Positions 25,634 to 37,300 of a stretch of DNA of 64,000 bases are shown here, piece by piece. Within the stretch, counting starts at the first letter, position 1; every line of letters begins with the position of its first letter. The translations under genes and the position numbers were made by a program. Under the pieces are notes generated by a model. The model saw only the letters and a list, made by a program, of their open reading frames with translations, had not been told where the DNA came from and ran no database searches. The stretch lies in the NCBI RefSeq assembly GCF_003704095.1, contig NW_020844152.1:1-64000 (forward strand), in the 5' to 3' direction. The stretch is from Pocillopora damicornis. Its lineage: Eukaryota.

Positions 25634-28600
25634 ATGTTTAGTCCACTTGAAGATCAGGAAAACCTGCCTGTTGGGGTAATCTCATACCCTTAATGTTTCG
25701 TATTGAGGTTATTTTTAGGTCTTTTTTTTAGGTTGAGCATGTGGCGATCTGTGTGACCACGTTCTGTAAACGGAATTTAGATCGAAACGTTCTGTGTGAA
25801 CGAATTTAATCATGGCGTAGATCATGAGGCTGTATGAGAGATCTTGAATTGAAACGGTCATAGGGTTACTTTGTAATACACCAAAGATTAATCTAAAATT
25901 TATTTCAGACGGTCTCATTCGCAAAAATCCTTATGAGATGAAAATCTCAAGACTTCGTTCGAACTGATGTGAACGCCAGCTAAACACTGCCTTTTGGCCT
26001 CTTTTTTGCAGTCTCGTTTGTTCCATTTCTCCCTCGAGTCTACATGTTCAGTTTTTATCCCTTTTCAAAGCGAGTGTTTTGTCTGACGATGGTAGTTGTC
26101 CGTTTGCTGATGGTTGCTGGTGGTTAACAGAACATTCAACCACACTGAACAGGCGGGGGTTCGAGTTTTTACAAGGGAATAGGATTTTTTATTGTACCGT
26201 GTTTCTGCACTTGAAATTTTACACGTAAAGAATAGAACTGCATATGTCTTATAGCATAAACACAACATTTAACCTGGATGATCATTGATTGACAGGTGGC
26301 GGCCTTGGTTACTCCTGCCAGACGACCACTTAAGAGTGTTTTTGACAGTCGTGTGAACCATGGTACCCCAACCAGACAGCAACGTTCAGATCTGTCTAAA
26401 AAGTTTCTTTTTAAACATAAACAGAAATCAAAGAGACGCAGTGCCCCTGTGCATAACTTGTATCAGTTGATACCTGCACTGGTCAAGTCAAGAATACTAA
26501 CAGCTTCTCCAGTTCAAGAGCAAAGTCCAATAGGGAAGGAGATAAGCGGTTGTAATATGTTGTCTTTGAGTGATAAAGGAAAAGAATCTTTGACTGAGAA
26601 AGTTGTTGGAGAAATCATAAAAGAAGTAGATAAGGTTTGAATTGACCGCACATAGTCATGGCATCATTTCTACAATGTGCAAAGACCTACTTGCACAACA
26701 TTTCGATGTTGCACTTTTTGAATAAGGACACTTTGACCTTTTTGTAACAAAGTACAATGTCTATAATTTCTAAAAAGAGGTATGAGGTATCAAATCAGGT
26801 ATTTTAGTCCGCAACTAGAAACAGAAGACAGCTTAAAAAATCCCTTCCACCCATCTCACTTGTTTTGTTTTGTTTTGTTTTGTTTTTTTTCTCCTCAAAG
26901 ACTGTTATCTTAATTTCTTAATATGATGTATAATGTTTCATGTATTTCATGGTGAAAGATTTTGAGTATATTTTTGCAAGGCTCTGATTTGGCCAATATA
27001 GGTTATTATGTTAACAGTCTAAAAAAACAATTCAGTTTTTTATGACAAATAAATGAACTATTCCAAATAATCTTTGAACACCTGTGCAAAGGTCACCACA
27101 GAACTTAATAATTAATAAGTATTTTGAATGAGCATAAATTAATCCAAAGATGTTCCATAATGCATGACCATAAACAAATTGATTAATACTTTCTTTTAAC
27201 AGAGTGAATCCAAAGTGAAAGAGGAATCCATGCCAAGGAAGATGGATTCAAATGAGCTAATTATTCTGCAGATGAATAAAGAAAGATTGAGGCTTGAGAA
27301 ACAATTGTCCCAATTGATGAAGGTAAGCTTCTCCCAGACGTCTTTCTAAAATCCTTCTTTTTTTAATCTTGAATAAAATAATTTTACCTGTAATTTTTTT
27401 TGAAGTTGTTAGTTTGGAATTTTCCTATCTGAATGCCAGGTTTCAAAAAGTGAAATTTTAAATGGATTAGTTTAGAAATCAGCAATCTAAAAAATATTTG
27501 CAGGTTACAAAATTTACATATTTATCAAATCATAATGATGACATTGAATGAAATATCTGGGTTTAGAAATAAATGAGCTCATGCTAAATGCAAATATTTC
27601 AATGACATGGAACAAAAGAGAGAATTTTAGAATACTGTTGTTATATTTAAATGTAAATAAGTTATGTTAGAAGAACATTTTTTTATGTTTAATGGGTCTT
27701 CTCGAATGATGCAGGATTACTATGTAGAAATTGTTTGTTTAATATTCAAAATACAAGTTTCAAGTTAAACTGAGTGATATGAACAGATTTTCTTCTATGT
27801 TTAGTTAACAATATCATGACAAGTCTTGACTAAATTTTCAACTTGTGCAGACTGTCTAGGTAAAGATTTTTTTTCTGTCCTACAGATCATTTCACTCCAT
27901 CTATATCTCTGATTATTAATAACAGTTTCATTAACTAAGGGCTGTGCTTCAGCTAATAGTCCAGGTATCACACCTGACCAATTTATGCTTTTGTGGAACT
28001 TGTAGTACTTTTGGGTTATGAATCCAAAGCTTTTAAGAGCTTGTCAACCCAGATGTCTGAAGCATGAGCTTTCAGGTTGCCAGTGATTCCTCTTAGAGCA
28101 CTGTTTGATTATTTTGAATTGGTATTTGTATATTTCAGGAGCAGTCAAGAACAAAGAAAGTACCCAATGGTACCTCTAATTCCAATGCAACAAACACCAA
28201 TGGATTGGAAAGGGAATTAGCAAGGAAAACAAAGGAACTTTTTGAATTGAAACAGCAATTTGATCAGTTACAAGAAATGTTGTTGGAAGTTCCTGAATTG
28301 AAAAAGGACTTACATAAAAGTAAGCAAGAAACCAAGGGACTTGGTGAAGTACTTTTTGCAAGTCAGAAAAAGACTGTCCAACTAGAAGATCTCATTAAGA
28401 AACTAAACAAACAAATTAAAGACAAGGAAAAGCTGAGTGAACACTGCATGCAACTTCAAAAGAGTTTGGAGAGTATAACACAAGAAAGGGATCAAAATGG
28501 CACTGAAGTGGAGAGACTTAGGAAGGACTTAGAGCAAAAGGAAAGTGAAGTCCAAAGAAATAGAGATCACTGCATTACATTGAAAGAACTTGTAGATAGG

Positions 28601-31600
28601 CTAGAGGTGAGAAATTTCAAATATATTTTTATCACCAGAGTTTGTTTTTGCATAAGCATTGTCAGGGAAAATTGCTTCTCTTTGCAAGTAAAGAACAGGA
28701 ACCTTGGAAGTAAAGTTGACATGAAGGTCACTATATCTTGAAATGCTGACAAAAAGTGTCCCTTTTCTAATCTCTATTGACAAATTCTTTCTATATAACA
28801 TTTAATCTCTCTGGCACTTCCTTGCTGCTAAACAGATTCAGTTTCTTTGTTGTGTTTACCCTCACACACCTTGTTGGGCATGGCATGCTCAAGGTTATTA
28901 CTACTAACAAAGATGTGTTTTGGTGAAAGAGTTATTTTCAAGATAAGTCTTTGCCTTATTGAGCTCATCTGTCCAATTATCCATTAAAATTATTTGCCAG
29001 AATGCTTCTTCAGATGCAGAGCACTATGTGGCCTCCAGTAAGGAAAATGAAACAATACTGCAATATCAGGTAAAGTATCGATTTAAGCTGTGTCCTGAGT
29101 ACAATGTTGCCCAACCATGTTCTACTATTTATCGAGGTAGATTTGTCTCAACTAATTGTGAATTACACCTTTTTCTCTCCCCATTATCAGATAGATGAAC
29201 TTAGTTTATCTTTGGAGTCAAATTTGCTTGCTTTAGAGGAGGGAAAGAAACTCATTATGGAGAGAGAAGATGAGCTGAAAAAATCAAGGTAATGAATTAA
29301 CAAAAACAATAATTGTTTTGAAATTAGTTTTGTCCAAGAGCTTCCTTGTAAGCATAGTCCGATGAACCCTTTAACTCACAAGATCTACTTGTTAATTCTC
29401 CTCTCTAGCTGATATACATTTCCTTGTAAATAAGTCACAAGAATTTGGTGTTAGCTCAAGACTACTAACTTCTACCTGATAAGTTTGAGTATTCTCATCA
29501 CATGTTGGTTGGATTATTTGTGGATGTTATAGGGAGAAGTTACATGTTAGTCACCTATGGGAGTTAAAGGGTTTACTGGATGACAAAAAGTCAGCTCATG
29601 AAAAAGTGAACAATTTTTTCAAAGGAACTGTAGATTATTGGAGAAAAGATGACAGCAGAATTTGTTCAGTTCTAAGTATTATATGGAATAGTTCATCACA
29701 CATTTTACCCTATGAAACTGTGAACACTTGAATATGTAACTCACAATTTTTTTGTACCAAAAAATGGAAAAGGTACAAAACTGTTTTGTTTTTTTTTCAA
29801 TTTTAGAGAAAGTGAAAAGGAACTACGAGACCAGTATGAGAAGCAAAGTGGACAATTGAATCATTTGACAGCAGAAATTGACACAGCCAAAATGGAAATC
29901 TCAAGGCAGAAGGATGTCATAATCAGACAACAAAGGGAGATGGAAGATCTGAGAGTAAAACTTGCAAATTCCATGGAGCAAATAGAGGTACGTCATAAAT
30001 CAAGAGAACCTAGTTTTCAAGTCAAATATTTCTTTTAAATTAGGAGACTGAGACTGTTGTTTGTGAACGCTTGTTTTCTCCAAAACAGTGTACATTAATC
30101 TGTCAATTTCCCAGTTCACATCTCAATTCTTGAGTTGTTTTCAGTGAGAATCATGACGTGCACCAGCTGTTCCTATATATTCTTATGCTTGAATTTTCAC
30201 TTACAGAAATGCTACAGATGCTGGATTTATGGACTGTCACCGTGACTTGTTTTGGGGTGAAATTCTGTTGCTTCTGTTAGCTCAACATTTTCCTTTCTTT
30301 TTTTTTGTTTTTGTCATTTTCAGTACATACAGCTGCAACAACAAGAGATGAATGAATTCACGGAAGACGAACGAAGAAATCTAGAAGTTACAGTGTGTGA
30401 AATGGAAAACGAGGTACGTATGATATGAATACATTTTTTAGTCCAAAATCATTGGCCAACATCTGTGCTGGCACTGACTACAGAAAAGTCTTGTCTTTCT
30501 TTTGTTTGTAGTTGAAGCTGACCAAACAAGAAAGAACACAAATAAATGCTTCTTTGAGGCGGAAGTCTGAGAAGTATGATGAACTCGTTCAAGAGGTGAA
30601 ACAATCTAGGTAAGGACTTCAATCACATGACTGTATTGTAAGAATAAAGTATGTACTCGGCGTAGATTCCCCGTGTGCTGTTTTTTTGGCAAACTAAATC
30701 ATGTTGCCTCGTTGGTTTTTAAAGAGGCCTTGTTTTAGGCAAATAGTAGGTTATACAGCCATACCACAACTTTCCAATTTGTATCTCTACTTTTCTAGGG
30801 ATCTGTTGCAAGATAAGCAGGAGGAATTGGATGCCACGCAGTCCCAGGCTCACTGGATTGTCTTACAGCAAGAAGCAATGATAACAGACACCACAAAAGA
30901 GCTGAGCGAAATATGCGATCTTGTTAATGATCTGCTCGTGGAATTCAACAAGGAAGCGTTTGCGATACAGGTAAATCCGAATTACTGTATTCGTGTTAAC
31001 TTAGGTATCAATTGCTACTGTTCTCTTATTCATCGAATTTTTTGGACGGATTGTTTAGTCCTTTATTTCTACCTCTAGGTCGACGATGACGAGAAGGCAA
31101 AACTGGATGAGCTTAAGTCAAGTACCCCAGAATATGACCCAAGCAAGAAGTACTCAGTGCCTCCGAATAAGTCTCTTGTACAGAGTATTTTAGAAGCAAC
31201 AGCAGTGAGGGATAGAAACCTGGAATTTAAAACGGTGAAAACATCTCAGCTTAAAATAGTTTGAAATTTTGAGCTCCTTTCTCTGAAGTCTGAAGGCCTT
31301 AATGTTTTGCCTGCTTATGTTGCTATTCAAAATGCATACTCATAGTATCGAAGATTTCGTTGATTTTTAAAGCAAGTTTGTGGCGACTTTACTGATATGG
31401 AAGTTGTTTGATTTACTTCTCAGCCAGAGAAACGTTGTCACAAGTTAAGCCCCATTCCTGAAGTAATCGAGGAAGATCAAGACTGTTCTCAAATTTCTGA
31501 AGAAGAAGAAGAGAAACTACCTTCACTCACTGCGCAAGCGGTGGAACTTAAACAAGCCTTAATAGAATTGACGGAGATATGTAGAAAAAACATCTTCACG

Positions 31601-33222
31601 GTTCAGACGCAAAATAGTGTTGGTAGATTGTTACAAGAGAGGTACATCATGAGTAAATCGTTTCTCGAAACTTTTGATTTTGTCTTAAATAACTGAAAAA
31701 TAAATTGAAGGGTAGAGCATTCCTAGCTGACAAATTATACTAATAAAAAGCTTACCTCTTCTCCTATACCCAGGATTTTATTAAAGAAAGAACACAGGTC
31801 TTCTCTTGATGAAGTCATGATGCAGCTTGAGGAATCAAGAAAATCCGAAACAAATCTGGGTCGAGAAATCTCAAAAAAGGACAACCAGATAACTACACTG
31901 CAACAGCAACTTGAGGAAAGCAGAAATGATTTACACCATTCATTTCAAAAGATTGAATCGCTCAGCGAGCAGTATGAAAAGACCATAGACCAACAGGCCA
32001 AAATAACGGTAAATTTTGCTTCATGTTATTCGCATTTTCGAGGGCGTGTTTGTATACTACTCAGTTAGCTTATCGAAGAACTAAGTCATTTTTCAAAGGC
32101 AGTAAAAAAAAAGAGGACGTCCATGGCCTACCAAATGTAAATATTTTGCAACACTAGAAGTCCAATTTGTAACTTTTTTTACCCTTGGGTGTCAGCAAAG
32201 TTGAAGTGTCATTTGTTCAAAAATTTAACCAATTTGAAAATCGTGAACAGTGTTGTTTTGTAATTTACGCTTGTGACATGGTGTACTTTCCAGGAGCTGG
32301 CCAACGATGTACGGCGTTTCTCCGAGCAAGTGAAAACCCTCCAAAACGAGAAAGAAAGCTTGTCGCAACAACTGAAAGAAAGCCTTGATACATTGAACCA
32401 ACTGTCACACGTGCCATCGAAAGAACCCGACCTTCACAAATCCCAAGACGTCCTTGGCAAACTATTAGCAGAAAAATTCAACCTAGAGGATCAGGTATTC
32501 ACAAAACTCGTAAACAGTAAAACAAGTGGGCAGCCGCATATTTTCCCGCCAAAATGACACTAGTTCACTCGTGTGACCATGCTCTGTTAATATCTTAGTG
32601 TGTCAGACGGTCTGTCGGTCTGTCAGCCTAACTGGGTAAGTTTCTTTGATCCAAAATTATGTGTTGAAATGAAAGCCAAGAGTATTCCTATTAAAATAGA
32701 TACCCAGGTTAGACATGTGTCTATCTAACAACTGCACTGTTTTTCTTCAGGTTCGTAAGCTGAAAGAGAAGTCCGTGACATATCGACTCGAAACACAGGA
32801 TCATATGATTGAATACAAATGTAGAACAGAATCGAAGGTAAAGATCTTGCGGAGAGGGTTTATCGTAATCCTGCCCCCACGCCCCCTTCCTTATGATTCC
32901 ACATACCCCTCCCCTCATCTCCTCCCCTCTGCACTTCTCATTCCCAGTCTCTTTCCTTCAGATGCGTGTCCTTGAGAGTAACATCCGAAAAGCAGAGACT
33001 GAAATTTTTCGACTGGATGGCTTGGTAGAAAAGATTAGACTCGTAAGTATCGCAAGAGATGGATAATTTATCATGGCGTTGCATTCCATAACTATTAAAT
33101 TATCAAGTTCAGTGATATAATTTCTCTTTATACAGGTCCTTCACCAGTATGATGACGTAATACGAAGCTGCCCGGAGTTGAACAAGTTGCTTTATTTTCT
33201 AGATGGCGAAGATATTCAATAA
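25634..33222 (+). CDS. SPAG5: Long coiled-coil protein, Astrin/SPAG5-like, 913 aa
   Basis: 17 in-phase exons: 25634-25675, 26296-26634, 27203-27322, 28139-28606, 29001-29069, 29191-29288, 29807-29987, 30324-30413, 30512-30609, 30799-30970, 31079-31234, 31424-31641, 31774-32008, 32294-32494, 32751-32837, 32962-33042, 33136-33222. The C-terminus RVLESNIRKAETEIFRLDGLVEKIRLVLHQYDDVIRSCPELNKLLYFL resembles the remembered Astrin tail NILEENLRRSDKELEKLDDIVQHIYKTLLSIPEVVRGCKELQGLLEFL. The gene structure is more certain than the name. Confidence 0.7.
29366..29574. mobile_element. TTAA-MITE copy
   Basis: aaccctttaactc...ggagttaaagggtt; the body is similar to 6674-6885. Confidence 0.78.
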
Positions 33223-34393
33223 GACACTCACATGTACTTTACATCCATATTCGTCCGTGTTCATTTTTACTATTAATGCCGATTAATATAATTTTCAGAT
33301 TTGTATTTAGTCTTTCTTCGCTTCCGAGTTCGTACGATTCCTTCTGATTGACAGTTCCTTCTGATGTTGGATCTTTTCTGACTGATTTTGTAAAAGAAAA
33401 GTTTATCGATGTAAGATGAAACTTAACACAAGCCATAAGAAATATTCATTTCCTAGTTTTAATTTTTTTCCTTTTCCTGGCTCGAAACTATTCCCATCTC
33501 CTTGTGAAGAAACTTCTCGATAAAAAATAGATAAATAAAAGTAATAATAAAAGTACAATAAACACCGACTTAGAGATCCACAGTCAAAGCCCTTCATCTC
33601 TTCCGAATATGAAATAGTTAAAAGGACGAAATAGTATTTTCTTGTCCTTTTTGGCCGTGAACTGCTCAAGTGGTGTCCTTGAGGCCACGAAGATTAAACG
33701 TAAGACCTGCTGGACCAAAGAGAGACAATTCGCACTTGTCTTGCGTCCTACATAAATTTCCCGGGAGAGGGATAGTTTTTTCCCTTTTGGCGATATTATC
33801 GATATCTTGCTCATTTGTTGCTACTTACAAAAAAAGGTAACCTTTCTTTTTTCGAGCCTTATTTTACGATATTTTTCCCCAAAGAACCGTTTTTGTGGAT
33901 CAAGGACTTCCTGCAAATCCTCAGAATTGAAAACCTGCATAATTTTTTTTATGCCATGTGGTATCGAAGAAGTAAAATTCATCCCTGCATCATCACTTAT
34001 GATTTTTCGTCAATGGAAGGGATATACAAATCAAAATCAAGTGGGTTTTAAAATATTTGAATTGACCAGAGATGCAAGTTCTTTTTAAATAATTAAAAAG
34101 TGATCGATAAACGTCAAGTATTTGTCAAAAATCCAAAGTGTTTGAACCCATATTGCAATTTTGTCACACACTTTAAGAGCTATTAGTCTCGAAAGTCGAG
34201 GGTGAAAGATTTTTATCCTGCCTTAATCAAACTAGCGAAGAACAAAACAGAATTTACATGTTTGTTGAGTTAGTAATTTGCATATACGACAGATAACAGG
34301 TGAAACTTTCGACTTGATCTCGCATTGGGTTACAGAGAGAGAGATAGACGAGAGAAAACAACCATCGTAGAGCTAAGAGATTGATTAAACACC

Positions 34394-37300
34394 ATGTCGA
34401 ATACTGTGGAACCTGGATTGGCGAAGTCGACAGGAATTATCAGTGTCGCAGCCGGTGTATGTGGCTTTGGAAATTGTATCTGTGGATTTATTTGGCTTGG
34501 ATACAACGGCTATGGAGGCCATGGTCTGTGGTCAGGCTTTGGCGTAAGTTTAAGTTATAATTTTTCTTATTCTTCAATATTGTGTTCTGTCGGCAACGTT
34601 GGTATTAGCAAGACTTAATAAAATCACAGCGAGTACGTGCACAAATACAAGATCTAAGAAATCTTATCGCCTCCATTTTATGCCAACCCGTCAAGCTATT
34701 GTTGAAAGATGTAACGAAAAAAATGTTCCTCTCAGCAGACGAAGTTTGCGAAATATACTTTGAACGACATTTTAATTTACCTTCGCGTGAAACTTGACTT
34801 TGTATTCTCTTCAACAAAGCCCGAAAATAAATACGAACTTCTCAACCATTCAACTTTGAATAGCAGTTCATTTTTAAAATACTCGAGCACGCGGCTGAGC
34901 CTGTATTCAATCTACTCTATTTTCAGCTTTTTATCCCTTAGAATCCAAGACGCTTATGTACAACAAAGTCATCACTTAAGTCCGGCAAAATTCAGTTCGC
35001 AATGGAGAAGTATATCGCCTCCATTTCGTACTCCTAGCGCAAAAGTGCGGATGCAACAATTAATCCAGCCTGTACATAATTCAAGCGTCGATGACACGTT
35101 TATAGATAAACACTGACAAAAGTGATTGAGACCTCCATAAATTTCCCAGGCGTGCACATATGATTTTCGGGGCATCAAGGCATTCTAAAAGGGGTAATTT
35201 ATATTGCTCGGGCGGTCAATTTTCAGACTGAGAGGATAAAGAGAACTTGCGTAAAAGGACAGCTTTGTAAACAATCGTTTAATCTATAGTATATCAAAAA
35301 TATTTTTCCAAGTTAACTCATATTTGACAAAATTTCATCCTCGCGAGAGATCTGATGAAATGCATCCTCTGAGAAGATTCGGAGGGTTGACGTCATCAGG
35401 CAGAGAATGCCGCCGTTCAACGCCCTGTTTCAGATTTGGCACGCTACCAAAATGTTTTTAATGTATTCATTGCATGGATACGTTCTCTTACTCGTTTGCA
35501 CAGGTGACATAACGCTCTCTCATTACTGACATTTCTACGTACATGAACAAAATGACGAGGTCTCTACCGGCAAGTTAACCCTTTAACTCCTACATCAAAT
35601 TCGTCATTCTCCTTACTGTCAACCATACATTTCTTATAATGTTAGTTCAGAGAATATAGTATTTGATCGACTAATCCACAAATTGATATTTTTCTTTATT
35701 TTCATCACTTATCTGGTTGATATTTTATTGATATTGTAAGGAGAAATTCTGTCTTGGTCTCTCATGGGAGTTAATAATAATAAGGTTAATAATTTACATC
35801 AAGATATCAATTCTAATGTAGACATCCCGTTTTGAATTAAACCAAGTTTGTTTTTATCATCCGACACTTCGCTCGATTTTCATGTGCTGGTTTCATGCGC
35901 AGAGATAAGTGAGAGAACTTGAATAGAAAAAACAGAATTAAACATAACTACTGATTCTCACTCTAAAAATAGCATCCATGTATTCTTAATACTGTTCTAT
36001 GTACATTTCCGCTGGTGCCAGTCAGGACATGAGGAGCTCGTTTAGCAATCGCTGAGTAGATCTTCTTTTGAAATTGTGGACCATTTCCTTTATTCTCATG
36101 ACCTTGATGTTTGATTCAAGGATGCTAACGTAAGGAGAAATGACTTGCTAACGTAAGGAGAAATGACTTGCTAACTTCCATAAGGGTTTACAGGGCTTAT
36201 GGAACGAAATCACAAATGACAACCTCCCCAGTAATACGAGTTCCCCAAGGGTGGGGGGATGTTTCAGTTCGATCTTCCTTAGCAGGACAGTGAGGGGATT
36301 ACGATGGCTAATACACCTTAAAGGATAGGATGAAGGATAAAGACGATTAAGGAGAATTGACAAATTAAAGCGAAGTTTGACTTCAGAAGAGCGCGACGTT
36401 TGACTTCAGAAGGGCGCTCATTGTTCATTTGTCTTTTTTTACAGTTACTCTTGGCCGCTGCAATGGGATTGTTCATATGGTGTTATAGAAACAAGGGTAT
36501 CGTAAGTGTCATTAATGTTTTTATTTTCGTAATATGTAACAGGAGATTGTTTACACTTTATCAAATACGATGACTGTTTCTTGTTTCTTTGATCTGTATG
36601 ACTGCTAGACTGCAAGAGAGAAGAATGGTACTGAATGAAAAGAATTTCTTACTTTTCCAGTTTCATCAAAATACATTTAATATCAATTAAATTATTTTCA
36701 GTAGAAGTGTAGAAATCGATACAAACTACACAAAAAGCAGTTTTGAAAGTAATCAATGTAAGCCCAAATAAAAAAATTTTGAGAAAGAGTACATTAAAAC
36801 TGAAAAGTAGCTTAAATATCGACTTACATTGTTACAAGAATTACTCTCTTTCTTTATTCAAATTTAATGTATCTCTTTATTGTCGTCGAGATCCTTAAAG
36901 TTGTCCACATAGGCCTCTGTTCTTTTGACGATTCGTTTTGCATCCCGGCTGTGCTTATTTGGTTTCCAGTAAAGGTTTTTGCCATTTGGAGCATTAGGAC
37001 CGCCATAGAACGCCACATCACTGTCTAACAAATTTAGCCGTTTTTTAACAAAACTGCGTTCTAAACGATCTTGAATTTAGCTGAATCTTTAACTGAACCG
37101 GTATTAATTTTTGTGAACATTGGCAGGAGGACCGAAAGCTAGAAGTGCAAGGACATTTATTTACTGAAACAACGCTCTTATAGAAAATACGTAAGGTCCA
37201 CTATTCGTGTAAAACCGCGGTTTGGGGCAGACCTCGTGTAAATAATCGGCCCTGAGTGTTGAAGTAAAGGCAAACTTTGATCATAGGATCAACTTAAAAA

